A stretch of 64,000 nt of DNA from Obrimoposthia wandeli (taxonomy: Eukaryota): contig CDROCS010006770.1 of the NCBI GenBank assembly GCA_977020255.1, positions 1 to 64,000 on the forward strand, read 5' to 3'. The translations under genes were made by a program, and so were the position numbers. Of this stretch, positions 32,095 to 44,643 are shown piece after piece. The notes under the pieces are model-generated. The model was not told the origin of the DNA, ran no database searches, and was given only the letters and a program-made list of their open reading frames with translations. Every line of letters starts with the position of its first letter. The stretch's first letter is position 1.

Positions 32095-32892
32095 TTAGTC
32101 TTGGAATATTTTAATTAAGATAGATTTAATTTTGGTTGCATCAAAAGGCTTATCTGATATTGCCGTAACACCCGCCTCTAGTACTTTTGATAAGTGACTG
32201 TCTTTCGCTTCAGATGTCACCATTAACACTGGCACATGAGAGTGCTCCGCACTGGCTCGAATAAACTGGGTCAATTCAACCCCATTCACTTGAGGCATAT
32301 TGTAATCTGTAACTACTAAGTCAACTTCGTTAACTTTTAGATACTCAACCGCGTGGCATCCATCATCAAATTCGGTCAAATTATTTAAGCCTAGGTTATT
32401 CAAAACCCTAACAATCGCTTTACGTGCCAATCGACTGTCATCACCCACTAGGACACGCAGCATATCAACATCGTAGTGCTCTAAATAAAGTTCGGTCTGA
32501 TTAATAAAAGACAGGGTCGCGTTAATCGCCCTATTTAACTGCTCTTGGGTAAAAGGCTTAGCGAGAATGGCCAGTATTCCCGACTGTTTAAATATCTCAA
32601 GCTGATCTCTACGCTGCTCACTTGAGATTAAAACAAAAGGCAGTCCTGCAAATTTTTCGTGTTTGCGCAACAGCTGTAATAACTCGAGCGCAGTGCCATC
32701 TTCATAGTAGAGATTACTTATAATAAGATCAGGCGGATACTTACTGATGGTTGTCAGCGCCTGTCTCTTGCCCTTGGCAATTTCGACATTGACGACTCCT
32801 TCTTGCTCAAGCTTTTTCTTAATAATGCTCTGCTGCATAGAAGAGGGTTCTATTAACAGGACACTCATTTCAGATCGGTCAAACTCTAACAT
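32095..32892 (-). CDS. Tandem receiver-domain response regulator (pseudo-REC plus REC)
   Basis: Domain 1 has DLIISNL with Asn at the phospho-acceptor position. Domain 2 has VGDDS, DLVVTDYNMP and KPF. Confidence 0.82.
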   Translation of the reverse strand: MLEFDRSEMSVLLIEPSSMQQSIIKKKLEQEGVVNVEIAKGKRQALTTISKYPPDLIISNLYYEDGTALELLQLLRKHEKFAGLPFVLISSEQRRDQLEIFKQSGILAILAKPFTQEQLNRAINATLSFINQTELYLEHYDVDMLRVLVGDDSRLARKAIVRVLNNLGLNNLTEFDDGCHAVEYLKVNEVDLVVTDYNMPQVNGVELTQFIRASAEHSHVPVLMVTSEAKDSHLSKVLEAGVTAISDKPFDATKIKSILIKIFQD

Positions 32893-33074
32893 TAGGTCTC
32901 TCTAGTTTTTGCTTGCTTAATTAGGATTATAAGCTATAAAACATTGATTGCCGACATGTGCAAGTCAAAAGCTGCAGAATTCATTCAAGTTTTGATCAAA
33001 CTTGTCACTTAAGAGCAGAAGATGTAAATTAGCGGCCCTAAATAACTCACATAATTAGAGATAGTGGCTAACTC

Positions 33075-33554
33075 ATGCGTTCTACTGAAAAAAGCGCCAA
33101 CACCCATATTATACGTAAAGCAATCAGTACCTTTCTCTTAATGGTATTGTTAGCCGTCGCTTGGTTTCTGACCAACAACTATAATCAACTCGACTCTGCC
33201 CAACCTGCTGCCACACTGCAGTGCGACTTCATCAACATTCCTTGCCAAATTGACACAACTGATTTACAAGCAGTCCTTAGTATTAACGGCAGTGATATCA
33301 GCGCCTTTACATCACTCGAATTCAATTTTACTTTGCAAGGATTTGCCGCCGAGACGGTCAGTATTGATTTCCAAGGTGTGGAAATGTTTATGGGTTCGAA
33401 CCAGCTCAATCTATTAAAAGCACAGAATGGTTCGTTTTTCGGTGTCAAGACACTGCCAGGTCACAGTGATCAATCTATGACATGGCGTGCCATTGTGAAA
33501 AGTACGCAGGGAGATCAATCTCGCATTTTCCACTTTGAATTTGAACTGCAATGA
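33075..33554 (+). CDS. Hypothetical membrane-anchored periplasmic protein
   Basis: One N-terminal TM segment, C..D....C pair and FQGVEMFMG pattern. Confidence 0.65.
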   Translation: MRSTEKSANTHIIRKAISTFLLMVLLAVAWFLTNNYNQLDSAQPAATLQCDFINIPCQIDTTDLQAVLSINGSDISAFTSLEFNFTLQGFAAETVSIDFQGVEMFMGSNQLNLLKAQNGSFFGVKTLPGHSDQSMTWRAIVKSTQGDQSRIFHFEFELQ

Positions 33555-33775
33555 AGCGTATATTTCGAGCGCCATTCCCTCTTTAGCCCGCTTGCCTAAA
33601 ACAACCAGGTTTTTGCCTTATTTCACGGCATACCGATCCATAACACACATAAACTTATCCATTTTACACACTGAAATTATTATAGTTTAGCGTGCTATTT
33701 TTCTGTGTTAATCTCTAGCCAAATAAAGTCGAGAGTGCAGGTATTTACTCGACTAATTATAAGAACGAGGTAAGT

Positions 33776-35425
33776 ATGACAGATCGTGAATCCATGGAAT
33801 TTGACGTTGTTATCGTCGGCGCAGGCCCTGCAGGCCTATCTACCGCATGTCGATTGATGCAACAAGCTCAAGAAGCTAACACTGAGCTCACCGTATGCGT
33901 AGTAGAAAAAGGCAGTGAAGTTGGCGCCCATATTCTATCCGGCGCTGTGGTGGAGCCGCGCACATTAACTGAGCTCTTTCCAAATTGGCAGGAATTGGGT
34001 GCACCACTGACCACCGCGGTCACTGAAGATCAGATATTTCTGCTAAAAGATGAGAAAAATGCCACCAAGATCCCAAACTTTTTTGTGCCAAAACCTATGC
34101 ACAATCACGGCAACTATATTGCCAGTGTGGGTAACTTGTGCCGCTGGCTAGCCGAGCGTGCAGAAGAACTGGGTGTTGAAGTTTTCCCAGGGTTTACTGC
34201 CTCTCATGTCATCTATAATGAACAGGGTGCGGTAGCTGGTATAGGCACTGGAGACATGGGCTTAGATGCTCAAGGTGAACAGAAAGACAGTTACATGCAG
34301 GGCATGGACTTACTCGCTAAGTACACTGTGTTCAGCGAAGGCTGTCGCGGTCATTTAGGTAAAGAGTTAATTGCCAAGTTTGCATTGGATAAAGATTGTG
34401 ATACTCAACACTACGGTTTGGGTATCAAAGAAATCTGGGAAATAGACCCCGCTAAACATCAGCCAGGATTAGTGGTTCATGGCACGGGCTGGCCGCTACA
34501 AGAGCAAGGTGCGAGCGGTGGTTTCTTTCTTTATCACGGCGAGAACAACCAAGTAGTTGCCGGTTTGATTACCGACTTAAACTACAGTAATCCTTACCTT
34601 AGTCCGTTTGATGAATTCCAGCGCCTAAAGCATCACCCTGTCTTCACCAAGTACTTAGAAGGTGCCAAGCGCGTATCATACGGCGCCCGTGCAATTGCCA
34701 AAGGCGGCTTTAACTCACTACCAAAAATGAGCATGCCTGGCGCATTGATTTTAGGTTGTGATGCCGGCACGTTGAACTTCTCAAAGATCAAAGGTACTCA
34801 CACTGCGATGAAGTCGGGTACTATCGCCGCTGAAACGTTGTTTGAAGTATTGAAGTCTGATGAGAACGGTGGGCAAGATCTTACTGTCTACGCCGATAAC
34901 ATCAAGGCTTCTTGGCTTTATGATGAACTATACCGCAGCCGTAACTTCGGTCCTGCATTGCATAAATACGGTATGTATGTGGGCGGTGCTGTAAACTTCA
35001 TCGACCAAAATGTCTTTGCATTACCTTTTACTATCCACGATAACTCAGCGGATTACGCGCAACTAGTTCCTGCAGCTCAAGCCAAAGAAATTGTCTATGC
35101 GAAGCCCGATGGTATTTTGAGCTTCGATAAATCTTCGTCAGTGTTTTTATCAAACACTAACCACGAAGAGAATCAGCCATGCCATCTAAAACTGGCTGAT
35201 GCATCTATTCCATTGAGCCAAAACTTACCAACATTTGCCGAGCCTGCACAGCGCTTTTGCCCTGCTGGTGTCTACGAAATAGTTGAACAAGATGGTGAAA
35301 AGCAGTTCCAGATCAACTCGCAAAACTGTGTTCATTGTAAGACCTGTGATATTAAAGATCCGGCGCAAAATATCACTTGGGTAGTACCTGAGGGCGGTGG
35401 CGGACCCAACTATCCAAACATGTAA
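33776..35425 (+). CDS. Electron transfer flavoprotein-ubiquinone oxidoreductase
   Basis: VGAGPAGLS, EKGSEVGAHILSGA, CPAGVYE and NCVHCKTCDIKDP motifs. Confidence 0.96.
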   Translation: MTDRESMEFDVVIVGAGPAGLSTACRLMQQAQEANTELTVCVVEKGSEVGAHILSGAVVEPRTLTELFPNWQELGAPLTTAVTEDQIFLLKDEKNATKIPNFFVPKPMHNHGNYIASVGNLCRWLAERAEELGVEVFPGFTASHVIYNEQGAVAGIGTGDMGLDAQGEQKDSYMQGMDLLAKYTVFSEGCRGHLGKELIAKFALDKDCDTQHYGLGIKEIWEIDPAKHQPGLVVHGTGWPLQEQGASGGFFLYHGENNQVVAGLITDLNYSNPYLSPFDEFQRLKHHPVFTKYLEGAKRVSYGARAIAKGGFNSLPKMSMPGALILGCDAGTLNFSKIKGTHTAMKSGTIAAETLFEVLKSDENGGQDLTVYADNIKASWLYDELYRSRNFGPALHKYGMYVGGAVNFIDQNVFALPFTIHDNSADYAQLVPAAQAKEIVYAKPDGILSFDKSSSVFLSNTNHEENQPCHLKLADASIPLSQNLPTFAEPAQRFCPAGVYEIVEQDGEKQFQINSQNCVHCKTCDIKDPAQNITWVVPEGGGGPNYPNM

Positions 35426-35441
35426 GTTTTAGTTTAATCGA

Positions 35442-35461
35442 AAGCGCTCGAAAGAGCGCTT
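35442..35461 (+). terminator. Intrinsic terminator hairpin after ETF-QO
   Basis: aagcgctc-GAAA-gagcgctt. Confidence 0.7.
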
Positions 35462-36071
35462 CATTCCTATTTAGCTACTGACTGCCAACCCCATAAATAT
35501 ACTGACGCTCTCACTCACAGAAATTCTAACCAACCTCTTTGAAATAATATCTCTATACCCTTCGGTTTTACCACTCACTAATAGCTAACAGGCTATATAT
35601 TTTGCACACATCGTTAAATCAAATAAGAGAGTGCTGTTTTCGGCGCCGGTCATCTCGCCTTTATCTAATTAGTGCCGCTTTGCAGAGTGATCAAATTAAT
35701 ACAGATACCTGATACCAATATCATTGAGTCATTATAATAATTAGCGATCTTCATCCTTTGGCCCACCATCATTGCGAAACAGATAAGCGCGACTAAACTT
35801 ATTTTAGCATCCACATGATTTGACTATCGATATCAGGTGATTCTTTCATATTGGTAGCCTCTATTTATCATGTGATGAAAGACTCTTTTTAACATCGATC
35901 ACTTTTTAAACGGATACTTTAATGAGTCATCCAAGACCTAATTTGTAAAACTATAGTTAACGATTTTTAGTGATTAATCCTTTGTTTTTACACTTTATGA
36001 CTACGCAATCGACTCTTCTAATGGTATCTTAGCTGACAGAACTAAACGCTGAATTCAAAGGCATTCAAGGT

Positions 36072-37289
36072 ATGCAACAACTAACTAATAAACACATCCT
36101 CCTCGGCATTAGCGGTGGAATTGCCGCCTATAAAAGCGCGGAGCTGACAAGAGCCTATAAACGTGCCGGCGCTGACGTTAGAGTTGTGATGACAAAAGCT
36201 GCAACCCAGTTCATTACCCCACTGACATTACAGGCACTATCGGGTAACCCTGTCCATTGCACACTGCTTGATCCTGAAGCAGAGGCGGGTATGGGGCATA
36301 TCGAACTCGCTCGCTGGGCAGACCTAATCGTCATCGCCCCAGCCAGTGCCGACATTATTGCGCGTCTCAGTGCTGGCTTAGCCGATGATCTATTAACCAC
36401 ATTGTGCCTAGCTAGCGACGCACCATTGGCAATAGCCCCCGCGATGAACCAAGCAATGTGGCGCAACCAGGCAACACAAGCCAATATCGACACTCTGCGC
36501 CAACGCGGCTCCCTTATTTGGGGACCTGCTGCAGGTGAACAAGCTTGTGGTGATACAGGTCCTGGGCGCATGCTAGAAGCAGATCAACTTGCTCAACTCA
36601 GCGCCGATCATTTTAAGACAGAGGCTCTCAATGGTTTATCGGTCCACATTACTGCAGGTCCCACCCGTGAAGCTATTGACCCTGTGCGCTATATATCCAA
36701 TCACAGCTCGGGAAAAATGGGCTACGCCATTGCTCAAGCCGCACAACTTGCCGGCGCTAAGGTTAAATTGATCAGCGGACCGGTCAGCATAAACCCACCA
36801 GCGGGCGTTGAATGTATTCAGGTGAACAGCGCTTTAGAAATGCTTGAGCAATCACTGAATGATATTGAGCAATGCGATATATTTATTGGTTGCGCTGCAG
36901 TGGCTGATTTCCGCCCTGCTGACATCGCATCACAAAAAATAAAGAAAGGCGGGGCGCCACAAATGTCGCTGTCTTTTATTAAAAATCCAGACATCATTGA
37001 ACAAGTAGCAAAACATAAACACCGCCCTTTTACGGTTGGTTTCGCCGCTGAAACTCAAGATGTCATCACCTACGCTCGGGATAAACTTAAGCGGAAAAAT
37101 TTAGACTTAATCGCCGCTAACGATGTATCACAAACCAGCATAGGCTTTAACAGTGATCAAAATGCACTGACACTGATTAGTGATCACACGACATCTAATT
37201 TAGCTCAAAGTAGTAAATTTGAACAAGCGCAACAGTTAATCGAGCATATTGCACTGATGCTTAATAGAGATAATACCCATCATGAATAA
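36072..37289 (+). CDS. coaBC: Bifunctional phosphopantothenoylcysteine decarboxylase/ligase
   Basis: [40 protein letters not shown] and GFAAET motifs. Confidence 0.96.
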   Translation: MQQLTNKHILLGISGGIAAYKSAELTRAYKRAGADVRVVMTKAATQFITPLTLQALSGNPVHCTLLDPEAEAGMGHIELARWADLIVIAPASADIIARLSAGLADDLLTTLCLASDAPLAIAPAMNQAMWRNQATQANIDTLRQRGSLIWGPAAGEQACGDTGPGRMLEADQLAQLSADHFKTEALNGLSVHITAGPTREAIDPVRYISNHSSGKMGYAIAQAAQLAGAKVKLISGPVSINPPAGVECIQVNSALEMLEQSLNDIEQCDIFIGCAAVADFRPADIASQKIKKGGAPQMSLSFIKNPDIIEQVAKHKHRPFTVGFAAETQDVITYARDKLKRKNLDLIAANDVSQTSIGFNSDQNALTLISDHTTSNLAQSSKFEQAQQLIEHIALMLNRDNTHHE

Positions 37290-37737
37290 GTTACAAGTTA
37301 AAATTTTAGACCCACGTATCGGCACCACCTTTCCTCTTCCAAGTTATGCCACCAGTGGATCTGCCGGCTTGGACCTGCGTGCATGTATCGAGCAGGATAT
37401 GATTATTGCACCTGGTGAAACCATTCTGATACCAACCGGCATTGCTATTCATATTGCAGACCCTAGTTTATGTGCGATGATTTTACCTCGCTCTGGACTA
37501 GGTCATAAACACGGAATCGTACTCGGTAACCTAGTCGGTTTAATTGATTCAGATTATCAGGGACAACTTTTTGTGTCGGTGTGGAACCGCGGAGATAAGC
37601 CATTCACTATGACCATCGGCGAGCGTATGGCGCAGCTTGTTCTGGTCCCTGTTGTGCAAGCCGAGTTTGAGGTTGTCGATGATTTTGATGCTTCATTACG
37701 CGCTGATGGCGGCTTTGGCTCTTCGGGTCGCAACTAA
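37282..37737 (+). CDS. dut: dUTP diphosphatase
   Basis: [28 protein letters not shown] and GGFGSSG motifs. Confidence 0.97.
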   Translation: MNKLQVKILDPRIGTTFPLPSYATSGSAGLDLRACIEQDMIIAPGETILIPTGIAIHIADPSLCAMILPRSGLGHKHGIVLGNLVGLIDSDYQGQLFVSVWNRGDKPFTMTIGERMAQLVLVPVVQAEFEVVDDFDASLRADGGFGSSGRN

Positions 37738-37744
37738 TAAATTT

Positions 37745-37773
37745 AGCGCTAAGTACATGACAAACTTAGCGCT
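37745..37773. terminator. Intergenic hairpin between dut and algC
   Basis: 10-bp perfect stem agcgctaagt / acttagcgct. It may act as a terminator or a processing site. Confidence 0.5.
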
Positions 37774-37833
37774 CTTAGCTTCAGCATAGCCTTTATATAC
37801 AGTAACAGCACGACTCACCCATTAAGACGCTAA

Positions 37834-39231
37834 ATGGACTTTAAGATGACTCATAATTTAGATCAGCTAGATCAAGAAATTTTCCGTGCTTATGATATTC
37901 GCGGTATCGTCGATAGCGCACTAACCGATGCCACGGTTTATCATTTAGGTCGCGCTTTCGCGACGATCGCCGCACAACAAAATGTCAAAGCAGTTAGTGT
38001 CGCCGCTGATGGTCGTATCTCTAGCCCTAAGTTAAAGCAGTTGCTATGCCAAGGCTTAATTGATGGCGGCGTGGATGTCACTGATATTGGTTTTGTTGCC
38101 ACCCCCGTGCTCTATTACGCTGCGCATCAGAGCGAAAGCTTAACCGGCATTATGATCACTGGTAGCCACAATCCTCGTGACTACAACGGTTTTAAAATGA
38201 TGCTGGCTGGCAATACACTTGCCGGCGATGAAATTCAGCAAATCAAGCACGTCATGCTCGCTCAAGATTACATCAGTGGCACAGGTAACATAGAAGAACG
38301 TGATGTACGCAGTCAGTATCGAGAGCAAATTTTAAGCGATATCAAGCTGGCTCGTCCGCTCAAAGCGATTGTCGATTGTGGTAACGGCATCCCTGGAGAT
38401 ATTAATCCAGAGATTATTCAAGCCTTAGGTTGTGAAGTAACACCGCTATTTTGTGAAGTAGATGGCAACTTCCCCAACCATCACCCAGATCCAGGAAAAA
38501 TAGAAAATCTGACTGATTGTATCGCGGCAGTAAAAGCGCAAAAAGCGGATATAGGATTGGCCTTTGATGGCGATGGCGACCGTGTCGGTGTTGTCACTCC
38601 CAGCGGGAAAATGATTTACGCAGACCGTCTGATGATGCTATTTGCCGAAGATGTGTTAAAGCGTAACCCCGGCGCTGAAATCATTTACGACGTCAAATGT
38701 TCAAGGCTACTCAATGAAGTGATCACTAAGGCCGGCGGCACTGGCACGATGTGGAAGACTGGTCATTCTTTAATCAAACGTAAAATGCGCCAAAGTGGTG
38801 CACTACTCGCTGGCGAAATGAGCGGTCACGTTTTCTTTAAAGAGCGCTGGTTCGGTTTTGACGATGGTTTATACGCCGCCGCTCGTCTCTTGGAAATACT
38901 CAGTCGAAGCGAGCTGGATTTAGATCAAATTTTTGCCGCCTACCCTGAAGATGTCAGCACACCTGAAATTAATATCACGGTGCGCGATGACAACAAATTC
39001 GATATTATCGAGCGCTTTCAACAGGGTGATTTTAGCGGCGGTAATGTCAGTACCATTGATGGCCTACGTGTTGACTACACTGACGGCTGGGGACTCATTC
39101 GCGCCTCTAATACAACCCCCGTGTTAGTCCTTCGCTTTGAAGCCAAAACAGAAGAAGCACTGCAGCGTATTATTACTCAGTTTCAGTTGCAACTAAGCGT
39201 AGTCGAACCTGATTTAACCATTAGTTATTAA
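37834..39231 (+). CDS. algC: Phosphomannomutase/phosphoglucomutase
   Basis: FRAYDIRG, TGSHNP, FDGDGDR and GEMSGH motifs. Confidence 0.93.
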   Translation: MDFKMTHNLDQLDQEIFRAYDIRGIVDSALTDATVYHLGRAFATIAAQQNVKAVSVAADGRISSPKLKQLLCQGLIDGGVDVTDIGFVATPVLYYAAHQSESLTGIMITGSHNPRDYNGFKMMLAGNTLAGDEIQQIKHVMLAQDYISGTGNIEERDVRSQYREQILSDIKLARPLKAIVDCGNGIPGDINPEIIQALGCEVTPLFCEVDGNFPNHHPDPGKIENLTDCIAAVKAQKADIGLAFDGDGDRVGVVTPSGKMIYADRLMMLFAEDVLKRNPGAEIIYDVKCSRLLNEVITKAGGTGTMWKTGHSLIKRKMRQSGALLAGEMSGHVFFKERWFGFDDGLYAAARLLEILSRSELDLDQIFAAYPEDVSTPEINITVRDDNKFDIIERFQQGDFSGGNVSTIDGLRVDYTDGWGLIRASNTTPVLVLRFEAKTEEALQRIITQFQLQLSVVEPDLTISY

Positions 39232-39269
39232 CAAAAAAGTGTAATTAGCACTGTGAAACAAGGATATAA

Positions 39270-40777
<1,508 letters not shown>

Positions 40778-40792
40778 GTTAATCATTTTCAT

Positions 40793-40951
40793 CTAGGAGC
40801 TTGTCCGACTTGGCCGATCGCCGCGAGAACAATAAGAATTGAGGCAGATCTTTATCGTTGAATAGCGCGCTATTCAACGATAAAGATCTGGAAATATGAC
40901 CAAATTCTGATTTTTCGTAATAGATTAGTGGTAAGTCCTGCAGGCCCCTAG
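40793..40951. mobile_element. MITE-like palindromic repeat, copy 2
   Basis: CTAG-bounded and colinear with 6739..6905 (shared blocks ctaggagcttgtc, ttgaggcag, gctattcaacgataaaga, tggtaagt). Contains a perfect 46-bp palindrome at 40845..40890. Confidence 0.8.
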
Positions 40952-41138
40952 AGTTATGAAGAATCACGCGCCTCGATAATAGCTGATGAGAGGCGCGCTA
41001 TTATTCCTTTAGTCATCAAGCCGTAAGCATTTACTAATACAGTCGCCAAGACACTGATCAAAACCGATGACCTGTTACTTATCCTAATAACGCCATCAGT
41101 ATCAAACGGACACCTGTGGACTTTCGGCTGGGTACTAT

Positions 41139-41756
41139 TTAACGCCGCCCAAATAATAAGCCGACACCCGCCATCGCAAGCATAGCGGCACAGCTACGGT
41201 TAAAAACCTCTCGGCTTTTAGGCTTTGAAAACCACTGTCGTAGATAGATACCAAAGACTCCGTAAAGCGTAATCGCCAACCATTCTAATAATAAAAAAGC
41301 GCTTCCTAGTACAGCGAATTGAAATTCAGCGGGCTGATTTTGATCGACAAACTGAGGTAAAAATGCAGTGAAAATAAGAATAGCTTTAGGGTTACCTATC
41401 GCTAAGAGAAATTCTTGACGCGCCAATTGCCAGAGGTTTAATCCGCTAGAGATCGATGGCCCAAGGTCAGTAACATCCGAATACCACAGCTGCCACGCCA
41501 GATAGAACAAATAACTAGCACCTATTATTTTAATAACATTGAACAACCACAGCGAGCTGTAAAGCAGTGTAGCCAAACCCGCTGCAGCCAATGCGATCAT
41601 CAAAGAAAACGCCAGTAGACGGCCCATACCAGCCACCACACTTACCTTTAGTCCGTACTGCTTGGCGTTGTGCATCGCTAATAAGTTATTGGGACCCGGC
41701 GCCATGTTCAAAGCGAAACAGGCGGGGACAAATAATATTAAGGTTATCCACTGCAT
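41139..41756 (-). CDS. LysE/RhtB family translocator
   Basis: PGPNNLL, IIGASYLFYLAW and GNPKAILIF.AFLPQFV motifs. Confidence 0.9.
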   Translation of the reverse strand: MQWITLILFVPACFALNMAPGPNNLLAMHNAKQYGLKVSVVAGMGRLLAFSLMIALAAAGLATLLYSSLWLFNVIKIIGASYLFYLAWQLWYSDVTDLGPSISSGLNLWQLARQEFLLAIGNPKAILIFTAFLPQFVDQNQPAEFQFAVLGSAFLLLEWLAITLYGVFGIYLRQWFSKPKSREVFNRSCAAMLAMAGVGLLFGRR

Positions 41757-41951
41757 TGTTTGTTCTCTATCAATAATGATTTTATGTTTGAGCTAACCTG
41801 TTGAACAATAATAAGACAGCGGCATTACCTTAAAACTAGCAGTGCTCAGAGCTGTAAATATACATATAAAATTGGGCTGGAGCGCTAGCGTTTTACTCAC
41901 TCTGTACTTCGTACTGTTCATTACATTAGAAGCTGTGAAAGTTCGCTCCAG

Positions 41952-42494
41952 TTACAGTGCCGCGATAAAACGTTTCAGCTCCACCAAAACACTAATATCT
42001 GACGCTATTTCAATCTGGCTATCACACCAAGGGTAATTAATAGTATCTAACCAGCGATGGCACTGTGCACTGTGACTAGCAGCAAACACCAACATATTCT
42101 CAATCTCAATGATCAGTTTACAAAATGTAGGCGACTCATTTGCTAAGGTATCAAAAAACCATCGGTAATAACCAAAACCCACTTTTAATTCGCCTGTTTC
42201 AATATCGTTCATGCAGACAAACCAGCCGCAGCGATAATGGTCTTCATAGCGCTGTAAGGAGTCAGTTAGACAAAACGTATAAACATTTTCGAACTTGCGA
42301 TTAAAATCTCTTACTAAAGTATCCGCTATAGCACTACTACCCTCTACATTTGCGGGGAAACTGATATTGTTCGTATTAAGTATCATCTGTAATTGTGCAT
42401 TTTGGCTAAAAACAATATCTATCAAATGCGGTTTGTTATTATCTTTGGCATTTATATACTGGGTCACCGCCTCTTTTAGCTGTGCATTATTCAT
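41952..42494 (-). CDS. Hypothetical protein with an NTF2/SnoaL-like N-terminus
   Basis: YINAKDNNKPHLIDIVFSQNAQL...FPANVEG...IADTLV resembles the SnoaL fold; the fold assignment is inferred. Confidence 0.6.
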   Translation of the reverse strand: MNNAQLKEAVTQYINAKDNNKPHLIDIVFSQNAQLQMILNTNNISFPANVEGSSAIADTLVRDFNRKFENVYTFCLTDSLQRYEDHYRCGWFVCMNDIETGELKVGFGYYRWFFDTLANESPTFCKLIIEIENMLVFAASHSAQCHRWLDTINYPWCDSQIEIASDISVLVELKRFIAAL

Positions 42495-42791
42495 AGTGCT
42501 ACTCTCATATATTGTTGGTGAAGCTTAGTGTATTCATTGAATAGAACACAGTCGAAATACAGGTATAGGTAACCATTGAGCCCGATATGATAAAGTGGAT
42601 GTTTAAAAGCCCAAGTGGCCACATAGACTGCTATTCAAGTCATCTGCGTTAAAGGTCTGATTCTATCGAGCTAAACTACTCTATATAAAGAGTACGATCA
42701 TGCCTAGCAATCAATTCAATCAGCACATGGAGCGACTGTGAACGATTGGAAAAGCGCTACTATTTTTCACAAATACCGATAGCGATCTCAC

Positions 42792-42831
42792 CTAGGAACT
42801 TGTCGGACTTACCACTAATCTACTGCGAAAA
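42792..42831. mobile_element. Isolated end fragment of the same MITE family
   Basis: ctaggaacttgtcggacttaccactaatctactgcgaaaa is nearly the reverse complement of the right end of copy 1 (ctaggagcttgtcgaacttaccaataatctactgcgaaga). Confidence 0.75.
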
Positions 42832-42960
42832 TAATAAAAGGCGGTTCATCTCCAGAACAAACGGACTAAAAGCCTGATCCCATACTTGTTTCAGTCAATA
42901 GGTGATTCACTAAGCTAGCGCTAGCCAATGCATGTTATAGTCCAAAATTTGGACCACTAA

Positions 42961-43851
42961 ATGGCAATTTCCAAATGTCCTTCCAAACTTAGCTTACCCC
43001 AGGTTAACCCTGGAGTCGTCACCGTACTGGAATACCTAATTATTAAGTTCCCCTATATTGCGGAGCATATTTGGCGACAACGTATGATTGATGGCAAGGT
43101 ACACTACCACGACGGTACATTGCTAAGCCCGCAGTCACCCTTTCAATCGCAGCAACGAATCTACTATTATCGGGAAGTTGAAAGTGAACCTATCATCCCT
43201 TTCCAGGAACATATTATATTTCAGGATCAGCACATCCTAGTGGCTTATAAGCCTCATTTCCTTGCGGTAACTCCAGGGGGTGCCTATGTGAACGAATGCC
43301 TACAAACTCGCTTGCGACGCAGCACGGGCATAGAGGCCTTACAAGCGTTACACCGCTTAGACAGAGTGACCGCTGGCCTGGTCATATTCTCCGTTAACCC
43401 AGATACCCGCTATCACTACCATCAATTATTTAAAACACGAGAAATTCATAAAACCTACCAGGCCATTGCCAAAATTGATACCAGTGAAAGCTTAATCGAT
43501 CGGGAATGGGTAATTGAAAACCGTATCGAGCAAGGTGAACCGCGCTTTCGCATGCATGTCACCGAGGGTGAAGCCAATAGTCGCTCTGTTATTCGATGCT
43601 TACAACAATCCACTGAACAGGCATTATTTGAATTACACCCAGTTACGGGTAAAACTCATCAATTGCGTATTCATATGCAGAGCTTGGGTTGGCCTATAAT
43701 GAATGACAAATACTACCCGCTATTACAACCGCTATCAGCAGATAATTTTTCAGCACCTTTACAGTTACTGGCAAAGGAGCTTCAATTCATTGACCCAGTG
43801 ACTCAACAGCCAAGACATTTTAGCTATGATAGTAATTTATCGCTGAAATGA
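42961..43851 (+). CDS. RluA-family pseudouridine synthase (second paralogue)
   Basis: KPHFLAVTPGG, HRLDRVTAG and TGKTHQLRIHM motifs. Confidence 0.9.
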   Translation: MAISKCPSKLSLPQVNPGVVTVLEYLIIKFPYIAEHIWRQRMIDGKVHYHDGTLLSPQSPFQSQQRIYYYREVESEPIIPFQEHIIFQDQHILVAYKPHFLAVTPGGAYVNECLQTRLRRSTGIEALQALHRLDRVTAGLVIFSVNPDTRYHYHQLFKTREIHKTYQAIAKIDTSESLIDREWVIENRIEQGEPRFRMHVTEGEANSRSVIRCLQQSTEQALFELHPVTGKTHQLRIHMQSLGWPIMNDKYYPLLQPLSADNFSAPLQLLAKELQFIDPVTQQPRHFSYDSNLSLK

Positions 43852-44220
43852 GCTTCTAACAAGCTCTAACAAGTCACATTGCACAGTCATTTCCCTCTCG
43901 ATACTAGCTAGTATCCGTTAGCAGAAAGGTGTAACAATATGATGCCGTTGCATAATATTTTTAGTGATGTCATTAGCCTAAATTCACGGTTTATTACTCA
44001 ACTCTATTGAAATGAGAAACGATGGAGATAATATCGTCGTTTTATCAATAGCTAAGCAGATACTTCACAGAAGTCTGACGGCTGATCCGGATACGCTGTA
44101 AAAGAGATAATGGGTGTACTGGAAACTATTTAAAAATAATGCTGGCGTATAAAAAATAGTCAACTACACTCTATCGAGCCTAATCATTTTACCTATAAAT
44201 TTTAAAGTCGAGATATTGCA

Positions 44221-44454
44221 GTGCACAATTCTAACGCCTTACAAGACAACCTAGCTGAGTCTGTTTCATCGATAACACGCGACTGTGATGATTTAAGTGA
44301 CGAGCTTATTCAAGACGGTACTGCTAATAGCCTTGAGCAATTATTTAAAGCAACACTTGAATGTGAGGCAATGCAATACACTAAAGAGTTACTGGATTTT
44401 ATTGACGTTGAAATAGCAAAGTCCACAGTCGACATGCCCCTTAGCAATACTTAA
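44221..44454 (+). CDS. Hypothetical acidic protein (77 aa)
   Basis: GTG-start ORF in an otherwise empty gap; no motif. Confidence 0.35.
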   Translation: MHNSNALQDNLAESVSSITRDCDDLSDELIQDGTANSLEQLFKATLECEAMQYTKELLDFIDVEIAKSTVDMPLSNT

Positions 44455-44643
44455 TTTAGCGGTAACTGAAGCGATCAATCTATTCCCCTCAGTCAACCAC
44501 TCTATCAATTGAGGGACTATATTTCACTTGATCTAGAATCCTTTATCTTTGACACACATAGCCACCATCATAGTTTATTAGCCAAGCCAAATAGAGCATA
44601 TTCTGTCGAAATACTCTCGCTGCAGTGATGACAAAGATCTAAG

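Noticed and set aside
35470-36060. radC remnant upstream of coaBC
   Set aside because: This is the usual radC position, but I found no RadC/JAB motifs in the frames I translated.
40779-40967. 62-aa minus-strand ORF after slmA
   Set aside because: It lies entirely over the palindromic MITE and has no protein-like features.
41877-41951. 8-bp inverted repeat ctggagcg/cgctccag after the SnoaL-like gene
   Set aside because: The interior does not pair further and I saw no second copy. It is compatible with chance or a weak terminator.
43864-43923. attC integron recombination site (CTCTAAC...GTTAGCA, 60 bp)
   Set aside because: The R boxes pair over only 5 bp, the L boxes are not complementary, and there is no integrase or cassette array in the window.
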